A stretch of 64,000 nucleotides of DNA. It comes from Spirochaetaceae bacterium (GTDB taxonomy: Bacteria > Spirochaetota > Spirochaetia > DSM-2461). A program made the translations under genes and the position numbers. The stretch is from assembly GCA_965224705.1 (NCBI GenBank), contig OZ245056.1, forward strand, positions 2,176,001 to 2,240,000, read 5' to 3'. Under the pieces are notes generated by a model. The model made no database searches, was not told the origin of the DNA, and was given only the letters and a program-made list of their open reading frames with translations. Numbering within the stretch: position 1 is the stretch's first letter; each line of letters begins with the position of its first letter. Below, in pieces: positions 39,454 to 49,570 of this stretch.

Positions 39454-39648
39454 CATGTCCTGCTGTTCGAGTTCAAACGGGAGCCTGCCGCCGGAACCAC
39501 ACCGCTCAAGCAGCTGGCACAGGATGCCTATATCCAGGCGGAGCAGAAATACCTGGAGGGGGCACAAAATAAGTGGAACCCGGAAAAGATTATCATCTAC
39601 GGGGTGGGCTTCCGCGGCAAGGCACTGGCTCTGGAGGCCAGCAGGTAA
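39454..39648 (+). pseudogene. duplicated 3' end of the AAA/PD-(D/E)XK gene
   Basis: 39454-39638 matches 38909-39093 over 185 bp with 13 mismatches. Confidence 0.85.
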
Positions 39649-39721
39649 GGGACTGTGTCAGAACTTGTCTTTGATCCGCATACGGCGTTGAAAAAGCCGC
39701 TTAAAATGCTCATGTATTGGC

Positions 39722-39927
39722 GGCTACGTGAGTATTTTGGCAACGCAGCAGCAGGGGAGGCGAGTCTATAAACTCGCATCCTGAGAGAGTGCCGAGCGAT
39801 AGCGAGGAAAAGCCGCCACGGATGGCGGCGAAAGCGAACGAAGGCGGCCCGGAAGAAGCAAGCAGGAAGGTTGCTTCTGGAGGGAAGGGCAAAAATCGAG
39901 CCGTGAGACGTAAATCCGACAGGCTCC
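39722..39927. mobile_element. MITE family A, left-truncated long copy
   Basis: Ends AAATCCGACAGGCTCC; interior similar to 13336-13577. Confidence 0.75.
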
Positions 39928-39929
39928 TG

Positions 39930-40423
39930 GTGTCTCAAAGAATGTGGAATCTCCTCAAAGCGGCATTAAACCGCAGAGAACGCAGAGGTACGCAGAGAGA
40001 TATAGGGCAGCTCTTAAAACCGCTTAGAGCTGCCCGTGGGCGCATGGACGCACCCACATTTTGGGCAAAACGCCCAAAAATGGATAAATAGTCTTACTTT
40101 AGTCCGGGTTTTTTCGTCTCTATAGCATAAACAGATTGGTCAACATTTATCTTGAACACTCTGCGTCCTCTGCGGTTAAAAACCCATGAATAAGGCTTTG
40201 AAGAACACTCTGGCTAGTGGATTTTAGATGCGATTGCCCTGGGGGTTCCGTCCTTCGTTGTGGCCCGCAACAGTCAGCGAGTAGAAATCATCGCTAATGA
40301 ACCGGTTAGCATTGAGGCATTGAAGCAGATAAACGGCTTCGGCCAGAAAAAATGCGCCAAATATGGAAATCAACGAATGCGGGAAAATGGTGGGCGGCTG
40401 GAATAAGTCACAGTTGGTTGACA
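39930..40423 (+). pseudogene. relic duplicate of DGR core (MITE C part + HRDC fragment + avd 3' end)
   Basis: Matches 34741-35185 joined at a GGA microhomology to 35524-35582. Confidence 0.85.
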
Positions 40424-40587
40424 CTAAGCGGGATCTCTAAGAAGAAGTTTTGCAGGGCAGCGACCAGGTACTGGTTGAAAAGGATCTGTTTGAGCAAGGT
40501 CAATCCGGGCGTGTGAGTGGTGTAAATCAAGGGATGGAATCTGGCCGCTATGTTCCGTTGTATGTGAAGGTTCAGGAGGAAATCGGT

Positions 40588-40632
40588 CTCCCGGGATGGG
40601 TTTAAGGGGGTTTTACAGGCTTTCTGACACTG
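40588..40632. mobile_element. MITE family B, lone end
   Basis: ..TTTTACAGGCTTTCTGACACTG; reverse complement of 53714-53758. Confidence 0.7.
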
Positions 40633-40651
40633 GGTATTCCAACGATGATTC

Positions 40652-42721
40652 CTAAAAAATCGACATCTTAATACGTTTCATAAAACTGATTTTCCGTATG
40701 GGATAATACCCTGTCTGTTCATCCGGTAAAGAGACTCCCACAAGAGTATGATCTCTTCCTCTTTTCTCCATGTGCTTGGGAATCAAGGTGATAACCTGAT
40801 TATCTTCCTTACCGGGAATGGTCAATTCCAGCCGCTGATTCCTTCCGGCCAGTGCCATTTCGGCAAGGTAAACTTTTCCCTGATAATCCAATCCCCTGGC
40901 CGTCATGATTTCACGCCGCCATGAACCAGGACGGATTTGTTCGGGCACCAGGATTAATCGGCGGTGGAGTCTCTTGATGAATATGTTCTTCTCTTCTTCG
41001 GGAAGCTGCTGCACGGCAGGGTGACTGGCAAATGCACCGATAGCAGCCGATAGCGGAAAGAAGTGGGGGAATGACCAGTTTTCCTTGATTGGAGGCTCGT
41101 CAATATCGTAATCGTATCTGAACGGTAATGAATCCTCTTCCTGTTCCAATTCTGCGTCGATTACATTGAGAAGGTGATCACTGAATCCCTGGATGTGCGG
41201 AATGTAGCCAATGTCCACTTTTTCAAGGGCAGTTCGCCATGCCTTTCTTGTCCGGTAGTCCAGCAGCCATACGCCTTCTGCCGGATGATCAATGAAAAGG
41301 GTTCTCAGGGCATGGGTTTTGTTCAGGAGTTTTTTACGATGACCTTTTACCTGTAGAACAACGGCAAACTGAAGGGAGATGGCACGGTAATCGGTTTCCC
41401 ACTCAGACATCAGCGTGGAGAGATTCTCCGGTACGGGATGCCCGGAATACTTCTCTATGTTATTAACAAAGGAATCGATAATTATTCCGGCATCCAGTCC
41501 TTTTATATATCGGTTTTTCTCCAGGCGAAAACTGCTCACCGCATCACAGATAACAGGTTCTGCTGTCAGGGCAAGATCGCAGAACAATGGGAGTTCGGGA
41601 TGGCAGATGAAATCACCGGACGGAGTTATGGTAAGACATGGTGCATTGGAAGGTTTCCGAGGTATGGGACGGCCAATTGTGCCATTTTCTCCGATGACAA
41701 ATTCACCAGTCAACACCAGACGGGACACAATGCTATGGGCGAATTGAGGAGAAATTGGATATCTTTCCCCGGCAAAAATCTGGATCAGGTTAGCAATTCT
41801 ATCGCCATTATAGGCAATCCCCAAAGGCATGGAATTGACAATTTTTTTTGCAATCTCAAGGGCGTTTTCCAGCGATAAACCGCGTTTTTTGATGATGCCG
41901 GAAATCACATGAATCCGCCGCTTATTCCGGGACCATTTCTCCATGTCCCTCCATACGTCCATATTCACCTTGAGTTTGCCGGATTTTCTACGCTGGTAGT
42001 CAATGGAAGATGGAGTTCCCAATCCTTCCCACTCCGGGATAACGATTTCATATCTTCGATTCCTAGATGATTCGTAGTCGGCTAAATCCAGTTCCAGCAA
42101 TACATTTCCGGCAAGCATAAGACGTTCATTACTTCTGTCGTCATGAAAAAGACGGGGAAAACGTTCTTTGATCAGTGCCAGAGTTTTTTTTCGCCAGCCT
42201 CCTCCCACTTTGAACAGATGATGAGATTCCAGAAGAAAACTCAAAGCTGAAGTTAAAAAACTGTCATCAAGCCATGATTCAATGCTTTCCTTAATCTCTC
42301 CGACAGGTTCACCAAGGATGATTCCCGGACCAAGGAAGCCGGCATTCTTTATCTCAATGCCAAGAGGAGTCAAAATGAAGGTTTCCATTTCATACTCATA
42401 ATTTCTGAAGATGAGAATTCGCTCTTCCAGGTTGAGCAGCCGCTCCCTTAATGAAAGCTGGCTTATGTGGGGTACCAGACATCTGAGGCTGTTTTCAGTT
42501 GGATATTCATATATATCTATACAGGTGAGGATGTGGGCATCCAGTTCATCAATGAACTCGATACTGCGGCGGATAACATCATCACGCTGAAGGAATTCCG
42601 ATAATTTTTTCATCATCTCAGGTTTGTGGAATGGAGTACTGACCGGTCCAAGATAGTGACGATAGACTTCAAAAAAAGACGATTCCGGCAGGGATGAAAA
42701 AACTCTCTCCCATCCATTCAT
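40652..42721 (-). CDS. XPB-associated hypothetical protein (helicase-associated domain)
   Basis: Long ORF abutting XPB; 'HPVPENLSTLMSEW' resembles the XPB N-terminal domain. Confidence 0.65.
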   Translation of the reverse strand: MNGWERVFSSLPESSFFEVYRHYLGPVSTPFHKPEMMKKLSEFLQRDDVIRRSIEFIDELDAHILTCIDIYEYPTENSLRCLVPHISQLSLRERLLNLEERILIFRNYEYEMETFILTPLGIEIKNAGFLGPGIILGEPVGEIKESIESWLDDSFLTSALSFLLESHHLFKVGGGWRKKTLALIKERFPRLFHDDRSNERLMLAGNVLLELDLADYESSRNRRYEIVIPEWEGLGTPSSIDYQRRKSGKLKVNMDVWRDMEKWSRNKRRIHVISGIIKKRGLSLENALEIAKKIVNSMPLGIAYNGDRIANLIQIFAGERYPISPQFAHSIVSRLVLTGEFVIGENGTIGRPIPRKPSNAPCLTITPSGDFICHPELPLFCDLALTAEPVICDAVSSFRLEKNRYIKGLDAGIIIDSFVNNIEKYSGHPVPENLSTLMSEWETDYRAISLQFAVVLQVKGHRKKLLNKTHALRTLFIDHPAEGVWLLDYRTRKAWRTALEKVDIGYIPHIQGFSDHLLNVIDAELEQEEDSLPFRYDYDIDEPPIKENWSFPHFFPLSAAIGAFASHPAVQQLPEEEKNIFIKRLHRRLILVPEQIRPGSWRREIMTARGLDYQGKVYLAEMALAGRNQRLELTIPGKEDNQVITLIPKHMEKRGRDHTLVGVSLPDEQTGYYPIRKISFMKRIKMSIF

Positions 42722-44416
42722 TTATTCGTCCTCCCAGATATCTATCGTATAACGGTAGCCCTGTTCGGTAAGGAAACGCTGTCGATTGAGAGCAAAGTTT
42801 TCTTCAACTGTTCCTCTGGAGACAAGGGAATAGAACCATGAATCCTTTTTTTTCGGTCTCAATATACGTCCCAGCCGCTGGGCTTCTTCCTGCCGGGAAC
42901 CAAAGGTTCCTGATAGTTGAATTGCCACTGAAGCATCCGGAAGGTCAATGGCAAAATTGGCCACTTTTGAAACGACAATGATTCGTTCCATTCCTTTCTT
43001 GAACTGATCGTAGATCCTTTCGCGTTCTGCATTGGGTGTTTTTCCCGTGATGATAGGGACACGGAGTTGTCTGGCTACTTCCTCCAACTGGGTAATGTAC
43101 TGGCCAATAACCAGTATCTGGTCTTCATATCGATTCTTGACCAATTGCAGTGCCGCTTCAATTTTTCTCGGATTTTCTGCAGCAATGCGGAATTTGCTCC
43201 GCCTGTCTGCCATGGCATAACGAATTCTTAATTCCTTTGGAAGGAACATGCGGATCTCCTGGCACCGGGCTTCGGCAATCCATCCGGAGGCTTCCAGTTC
43301 CTTCCAGGGTATGTCGACACGTTTCGGCCCGACCAGGGAGAACACATCCCGTTCGGCACCATCCTCCCTGATGAGTGTGGCCGTGAGGCCAAGGCGTCTT
43401 ACAGCCTGCAGCTCTGCGGTAACCCGGAACACAGGAGCGGGAAGAAGGTGTACTTCATCGTAAATGATCAACCCCCAGGGGTAGAGACGAAATAAATCAA
43501 AATGGGGGAATGGACTGTGTCTGCTCTGCCTCCATGTAATTATCTGGTAGGTTGCAATTGTCACAGGAGCGGTAGACTTTTTGTCTCCTGTGTATTCGGC
43601 AATATCCTCTTCTCTGATATGAGTTTTATCCAGAAGTTCGTTTCGCCATTGATGGACTGCCGCTACATTTGTTGTCAGTATGAGAGTATGACGACAAAGA
43701 CTGGCCATGGCTGCAATACCAACGACCGTTTTCCCGGATCCACAGGGCATAACCACTGTTCCAAACCCCGTTCCGGGCTCACCGGTACCGAAAAATGAAC
43801 GGACTGCAAATCTCTGATAATCCCTGATTACAAATGGTAATCCACTTGAGCATTTTTCTTTGATCTGGATATCAAATGTCTTTCCATCTCTCAGGGGAGC
43901 CAGATCAATGATTGGATAACCTATTTTAATCAGTTCAGCCTTGACAGTTCCCCGGTACATGAGGGATAAGATGAAATCATCCCCATCAGGTATAAGGAAT
44001 CTTGAAAGGGATTTATGAGAACGGAGTTCTGTTGCAATGTCTTTATCATCAATCTTGAGGGCCAGTCGAGCATTGGAAGCATTATTGCATTCGTCATCTT
44101 TTCCGGGGAGGGGAATCAGTCTGAGCTTTCCCCATCTGGACAGGATGTCCTGAATTTGAGTTATGACATTGTCCGGTACCTGGTATCGGCTCCACCTCTT
44201 GAGCGATGAGATGATCTGTGAACCAGTCCAGTGAGCTCCGGCCGCATTCCACAGGGAAAGGGGCGATATTCTGTAGGTGTGGATGTGCTCCGGGGATTTT
44301 TCCAGTTCGGCATAGGCTGAGATTTCTCCACGAGCTTTCTCAAACGAAGGAATATGTACATCAAGAAGGAGCGAACCATCCCCCTGTACGATGAGTGGAT
44401 TTTCTTCTAAACTCAT
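42722..44416 (-). CDS. bacterial XPB/Rad25 DNA repair helicase
   Basis: PLIVQGD, ELEKSPEHIHTYRI, MPCGSGKT, DEVH, SRQEEAQRLGRILRPK. Confidence 0.93.
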   Translation of the reverse strand: MSLEENPLIVQGDGSLLLDVHIPSFEKARGEISAYAELEKSPEHIHTYRISPLSLWNAAGAHWTGSQIISSLKRWSRYQVPDNVITQIQDILSRWGKLRLIPLPGKDDECNNASNARLALKIDDKDIATELRSHKSLSRFLIPDGDDFILSLMYRGTVKAELIKIGYPIIDLAPLRDGKTFDIQIKEKCSSGLPFVIRDYQRFAVRSFFGTGEPGTGFGTVVMPCGSGKTVVGIAAMASLCRHTLILTTNVAAVHQWRNELLDKTHIREEDIAEYTGDKKSTAPVTIATYQIITWRQSRHSPFPHFDLFRLYPWGLIIYDEVHLLPAPVFRVTAELQAVRRLGLTATLIREDGAERDVFSLVGPKRVDIPWKELEASGWIAEARCQEIRMFLPKELRIRYAMADRRSKFRIAAENPRKIEAALQLVKNRYEDQILVIGQYITQLEEVARQLRVPIITGKTPNAERERIYDQFKKGMERIIVVSKVANFAIDLPDASVAIQLSGTFGSRQEEAQRLGRILRPKKKDSWFYSLVSRGTVEENFALNRQRFLTEQGYRYTIDIWEDE

Positions 44417-44605
44417 GGGACATGCAGTATACAGGTATTTTTTGATGCTATCAATGGTTCAATATGTTCTGAGAAATCTGGTATAAGTGATATACAGGAG
44501 TTTTCCTCCGATGGAGAGTCGTTGAAAAGGATTCTTATCTGGCATTGTATTGTGAGGATACAGTCAGCACTGAATCTGTGGAGAAGATCGGGTAAAACTG
44601 AAATT

Positions 44606-45913
44606 ATGAAATCGAATAAGACATTTGTTATCGATACCAATGTATTAATTCATCGTCCGGATGCTTTCATGTCATTCAGGGATTCACTGGTTATCATTCC
44701 ACTGTGGGTGCTGGAAGAGTTGGATAATCTTAAAAGTGACCACGCCGCACGCGGACGCAGTGCTCGTCAGGCTATTCGGCATATCAGTGCATTGTCGGAT
44801 AAGGACAATCTTCAGGAAGGAGTGAAGCTTGGAAATGGAAGTGTTTTGAAAGCTGGTTTTATCAAGGATGCCCGTATTCCGGACGATCTTGGATTTGATA
44901 AGATGGATAACAAGATAATCTTCTGTGCACTCAGCCTCAAACAGGCGGGAAAGAATGTCTTTTTTGTGTCAAAGGATATTAATGCCCGCATCAAAGCTTC
45001 TGCTCTGGGAATCAAGGCGGTTGATTACAAAAAGGATAGAGTGAGTCTTGAGGAGCTCTACGAAGGTGTTGCTGAGTCAACCATACACAATGAATCTTTA
45101 CAGGAATTTCATCAGTCCGGTTGGATTCCCTGGTCAGAAAATGAATTATTTCCCAATCAGTTTATTGTATTCAATGAAGCTGAAAAAGAAAGCAAAACTC
45201 TGCACATTGGCCGATGGTCTTCTGAGAAAGAACAGTTAAAATATATTCCATCATGGCAGGATACCATAATGGGGATAAAGCCATTGAATATCAAGCAGCG
45301 TATGGCATTTAATCTTCTCCTTGATGACAGTATTCCTCTGGTCACCCTGGTGGGGAAGGCGGGGACTGGTAAAACTCTTATTGCCATAGTTGCCGCTCTT
45401 CAAAAAACCCTGGTCGATAAGCAGTATGACCGGATTCTTGTCAGTCGGCCCATCATTCCCATGGGGAACGATCTTGGCTACCTTCCGGGAGAGAAGCGGG
45501 CAAAGATGTCCCACTGGATGCAGCCTGTTTTCGATAATCTTGAAATGATTATCAAGTCAGCCAAACAGCAGAATCTTAAAAGTGTCGATGATCTGATCAG
45601 AAACAAAACTCTGGACATTGAAGCCATTACGTATATTCGAGGCCGCTCCCTTCCGAAACAATACATTATCATTGATGAAGCACAGAACCTTACACCCCAT
45701 GAAGTAAAAACCATGGTCAGTCGGGCTGGAAAAGGTACGAAAGTTGTTTTGACCGGGGATCCTTATCAGATAGACAGTCCGTATCTGGATGCGGAATCCA
45801 ATGGTCTTACTTACATTGTAGAAGCATTCAAAGATCAGAAACTGGCTGGACACTTATTTCTGAATAAAAGTGAACGAAGTCCACTGGCCGAATTGGCGAC
45901 GGAGCTTTTATGA
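44606..45913 (+). CDS. PIN-PhoH (PhoH2) protein
   Basis: VIDTNVL PIN motif; GKAGTGKT, RGRS, DEAQN. Confidence 0.92.
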   Translation: MKSNKTFVIDTNVLIHRPDAFMSFRDSLVIIPLWVLEELDNLKSDHAARGRSARQAIRHISALSDKDNLQEGVKLGNGSVLKAGFIKDARIPDDLGFDKMDNKIIFCALSLKQAGKNVFFVSKDINARIKASALGIKAVDYKKDRVSLEELYEGVAESTIHNESLQEFHQSGWIPWSENELFPNQFIVFNEAEKESKTLHIGRWSSEKEQLKYIPSWQDTIMGIKPLNIKQRMAFNLLLDDSIPLVTLVGKAGTGKTLIAIVAALQKTLVDKQYDRILVSRPIIPMGNDLGYLPGEKRAKMSHWMQPVFDNLEMIIKSAKQQNLKSVDDLIRNKTLDIEAITYIRGRSLPKQYIIIDEAQNLTPHEVKTMVSRAGKGTKVVLTGDPYQIDSPYLDAESNGLTYIVEAFKDQKLAGHLFLNKSERSPLAELATELL

Positions 45914-46230
45914 GTCAACAGTCCTACAAACCGGAAGTCAGGAAGGAACTTGCCAGGCTTACCAGGCTGTCCCTGCAGCGATTGGAGGAGAATCATCTTG
46001 AATCAATTATCACTGTTACTGATCAGTGGAAAAAGGGAGCGATACAGGCTGGAACTGCACTGATTGAAATCAGTCGGCTTTCGGAGATCAAGCTGCCTGA
46101 GTGGGCTGATGGAGTTAATCCCGGTGTTCCTGTCGCTCAGGCACTGGCCGATAAAACTTTGATGAGGTCTGATGTGAGTGAGGATACGTGGGCTGCCATT
46201 GAGCATCTGGTTACAATTGTAGAGATTTAG
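45910..46230 (+). CDS. hypothetical protein
   Basis: ATGA overlap with PhoH gene. Confidence 0.6.
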   Translation: MSQQSYKPEVRKELARLTRLSLQRLEENHLESIITVTDQWKKGAIQAGTALIEISRLSEIKLPEWADGVNPGVPVAQALADKTLMRSDVSEDTWAAIEHLVTIVEI

Positions 46231-46285
46231 CCGGACTTTTGTTCCAATAATCAATTATAAATATTGATTACAGGCCGAAAAGGAA

Positions 46286-48613
46286 GTGATGAGATCTGTT
46301 TGTGCTATAATTGTATTAACCATCCTGCCGTTTTGTGCAGAAGCAGGGGATCCTTCTCTAAATCCCATAGATCTTTCTTCCAGTAATGAGCTGTTGTTTA
46401 CCTGTACAACCATTCAGCCAGGATGGGATGAGTTCACGACAGTATTGAGAGCTGACCTGCAAAATCTTAGTGACGATGACAATGAAGCAGTTGAAGTTCT
46501 TACGTATTATCCCGGAGAGGTTTCCTATTATCCGGGCACCCGAGAGTTGGAAATTCTCAATCATTTTGGATTGTTTCGAGCTGATATTGATCAAGGGTAT
46601 TCCTTTAATCGCATCCCGTACTATCCTTCTTTCAAGCAGGGACATCGCATTCCAGAGGGCAGGATCCTTCCTGCAGCAGGATCTCCTGATGGTCGATGGC
46701 TCCTTATTCAAGAACCAACAGGTTCGGTTACTGGACATCTCTACCTGTATAATACCCGGACTGATACCAGAAGTTTGATATCCGACGATCATTCCCTGGT
46801 GTTCCAGAATGACTTTGCACTCTGGTCTGCTGATTCAAGGTATTTCATTTATTCACGAAACAATCTTCTATACTACATGGATATTCAATCGGCCGAGCAT
46901 TCAAGGATTTCTGATGAAAGTCATCGGGTGTTTGGGAAGGGAAATCTATCCAGTGTCCAGTGGATGGATGCGGATACATTTTTTTATATGACGGGTTATA
47001 TAGTGAACATGATTTCCGCCGCTGAATTGTCCTCTCGATCTTTTTATTCAAACCTTGTATCGGTTGGCAGTGTTTTGGGCCGGATCCCCCTGGATTTTGA
47101 TTCCAATATGGATCGATTCTGGGTATCTCCCGATGGCCAGTCGGTGTTATTGCTCAAGGGAGGGGGGAGAGCATTGTTTCTGTTCAATCTGGAAGCGGCT
47201 GAAAGGAATGTTCAGGGGCAGTCATCAAAATACCCCTGTCTCCTGCTGCCGAAAACGAAGAGAATACTTCAGCTTTGGTGGCGGGATAATGGTGATATAG
47301 ATCTTCTTGCCGGGGGCAAAACCAGCAATGATTCCCAAACATTTTTTTATCAGCTGGATGCAGACAGAGCCAGTAATCTGCAATTCAGGCGTAAAAAACT
47401 TGCCGATATCAGGCAAATTGTTCCATCCCCTGATGGTACAACTCTTGGAATTCTTGAAGACACAGGTGTTTCAATTCGTTCTGCTCACGATTTAAGTGAG
47501 ATTAAATACATCAATCATCCGGATCCGCGAAAAGTTGTGTGGGTGAATTCGGAAAGAATAATCATCGCCGGGAGTCATCATATTGAGTCTGTGCACTGGA
47601 GAAGTAATGAACGTGCCTTCATCACCCTGTCCCAGGTTGATGAAATTGGCTATGATATTGATGAGAATGTGGCTTCTGTGAGTGACGGACAGCACTATCG
47701 GTGGAATACCGAAACACAATCCTGGAAGGAAGCGGCGAAGAGTACGGGACAGGGGATACAGACCTCCGGTCTGGAAACAAGGTCATTCAGGGTTTATGTG
47801 GACACAAAGCTCTCATCCCGCAGTATTGATCGTGTTTTGATTCGGGATATCGCCGGAAACGGCAACCGCCGTCTGTTAAATTTCACGCAGGATACATGGA
47901 GCTCATCCGGAATTAAACTGAATAACGGTGTACAAACAGGATATGATGAAAGGGTTTTTAACAATGGTTCTCGAATTCGACAGAGGGAGATAGCACTTGT
48001 TTTCAATGCTGTTGATAATGATGTTGGCCTGGGTGAAGTTCTCAATACTCTGGCAGAATACAATCTTCAGTCAACATTTTTTCTTGGAGGGGATTTTATC
48101 CGCCGCAATCCTGAATCAACGAGATCTATTTCTTCAGAAGGTCATGAAATCGGCAGCTTATTCTACACTCATATAGATATGGCCGATTATCGTTACCGTA
48201 TTGATGAAAACTTTGTGGCTCGTGGACTGGCGAGAAATGAGGATGAATTTCACCGCGTCACAGATTCCGAAATTGCCAATATATGGCATGCCCCCTGGTA
48301 TGTAACAAGTGATCCAATACTTGATGCAACGGAGAATATGAAATACTTATATGTGGGAAGGGATATTGATACACTTGACTGGGTGAGTCTGGATGCATCA
48401 ACTGAAACCAGAGTACTGTATAGATCCAGTCTGGAACTGGTAAGGAAGATACTTGATGAAGTACGGCCGGGTTCCATTGTTCCAATCCGCATTGGCCTTC
48501 CGGGTAAGCGGGAAGATTATCTCTTTTCAAAACTTGATTTGTTAATCAATGGCATTTTACGGCAGGGGTATGATATAGTAACAGTCGGTGAATTAAGGAA
48601 ACACGCATTATGA
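46286..48613 (+). CDS. exported beta-propeller + polysaccharide deacetylase domain protein
   Basis: Signal peptide, SPDG repeats, STFFLGG, GHEIGSL, WHAPWY. Confidence 0.78.
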   Translation: MMRSVCAIIVLTILPFCAEAGDPSLNPIDLSSSNELLFTCTTIQPGWDEFTTVLRADLQNLSDDDNEAVEVLTYYPGEVSYYPGTRELEILNHFGLFRADIDQGYSFNRIPYYPSFKQGHRIPEGRILPAAGSPDGRWLLIQEPTGSVTGHLYLYNTRTDTRSLISDDHSLVFQNDFALWSADSRYFIYSRNNLLYYMDIQSAEHSRISDESHRVFGKGNLSSVQWMDADTFFYMTGYIVNMISAAELSSRSFYSNLVSVGSVLGRIPLDFDSNMDRFWVSPDGQSVLLLKGGGRALFLFNLEAAERNVQGQSSKYPCLLLPKTKRILQLWWRDNGDIDLLAGGKTSNDSQTFFYQLDADRASNLQFRRKKLADIRQIVPSPDGTTLGILEDTGVSIRSAHDLSEIKYINHPDPRKVVWVNSERIIIAGSHHIESVHWRSNERAFITLSQVDEIGYDIDENVASVSDGQHYRWNTETQSWKEAAKSTGQGIQTSGLETRSFRVYVDTKLSSRSIDRVLIRDIAGNGNRRLLNFTQDTWSSSGIKLNNGVQTGYDERVFNNGSRIRQREIALVFNAVDNDVGLGEVLNTLAEYNLQSTFFLGGDFIRRNPESTRSISSEGHEIGSLFYTHIDMADYRYRIDENFVARGLARNEDEFHRVTDSEIANIWHAPWYVTSDPILDATENMKYLYVGRDIDTLDWVSLDASTETRVLYRSSLELVRKILDEVRPGSIVPIRIGLPGKREDYLFSKLDLLINGILRQGYDIVTVGELRKHAL

Positions 48614-48710
48614 AAGAAAAATCAATGTTTGATTTCCTGCCTTCAAGTTACAGGATCTATATGTCGAATTTAGAGTTAAAGGAAAAGACCTGAATGGAGA
48701 ACCGGGATTC

Positions 48711-49133
48711 ATGACAACTAACCCACTCAAAGCTTATCGGCAAACTCATGTGAAAACGTCCTCGCAGGGGAAACTCATTATTATGCTTTATGATGAAAGC
48801 ATAAAACAGTTACAGGCTGCCCGGGATGAGCTTGAGCGTCAGCAGCCAAATCTGGAATCTGCTCACAATGCCATTATAAAAGCCCAGGATATTATTACTG
48901 AGTTGATGGTTTCATTAGATTTTGAGAATGGCAATGAAATTGCCCGGAATCTCTTTCATCTCTATATGTATTTCAATCAAATACTGATTGATGCTAATAT
49001 TTCAAAGAATCCAGCAGGACTGATACAGGTCAGTGAATACATGGTTGAACTTCGTGATGCCTGGAATTCCATTGAGGGAACCGTGGGAATTGAAGGTAAG
49101 GAAATATCCCGCGGGATCAACCTGGCGGGATAA
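48711..49133 (+). CDS. fliS: flagellar export chaperone FliS
   Basis: AY....V.T.S..KLIIMLYD, ELMVSLDFE, LRDAW. Confidence 0.93.
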   Translation: MTTNPLKAYRQTHVKTSSQGKLIIMLYDESIKQLQAARDELERQQPNLESAHNAIIKAQDIITELMVSLDFENGNEIARNLFHLYMYFNQILIDANISKNPAGLIQVSEYMVELRDAWNSIEGTVGIEGKEISRGINLAG

Positions 49134-49139
49134 CAGTAG

Positions 49140-49559
49140 ATGAGTTATCCCGAGTGGTGGGGGGATGTTCAACGATCTCTGGACTCGTCCTTTGCTCAGT
49201 ACGATTCATGCCTGAAATCTATAGACAATCTCCTGCATAAGAATTCACTTATCCTGGATAAAAACTCATTTACTTTTCTTGCTGTTGAACTTGAACAATC
49301 CACCAGGCGAATGAAACAGGTGTTGAATATCGCAAGAACAAGAATAAAAGATGCAAAAGCAGCAAAGCGGCACACAGTCTTACTGGAACACAATGAAGAA
49401 GCGGCTGCAAAACTGGCATCGTGCAGCCATGAAATGTGTAAGAAGCTTGGAGAACGGATGAAGAAACTGGCCAATGAACTCAAACAGCGTCGAGTCTTTC
49501 CAACAGTTAATAATATCTATCAGATTCCTGCTCCCCAATATATTGATTTGCATCTATAA
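49140..49559 (+). CDS. hypothetical helical protein
   Basis: ORF filling fliS-polA interval. Confidence 0.55.
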   Translation: MSYPEWWGDVQRSLDSSFAQYDSCLKSIDNLLHKNSLILDKNSFTFLAVELEQSTRRMKQVLNIARTRIKDAKAAKRHTVLLEHNEEAAAKLASCSHEMCKKLGERMKKLANELKQRRVFPTVNNIYQIPAPQYIDLHL

Positions 49560-49570
49560 TACAAATTGTC

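Noticed and set aside
38851..39648. 265-aa ORF
   Set aside because: Runs through the REP-like repeat; only the last ~64 codons (duplicated gene tail) are protein-like.
26400..40640. Prophage or ICE carrying the DGR
   Set aside because: No integrase, structural, replication or conjugation genes and no att repeats seen.
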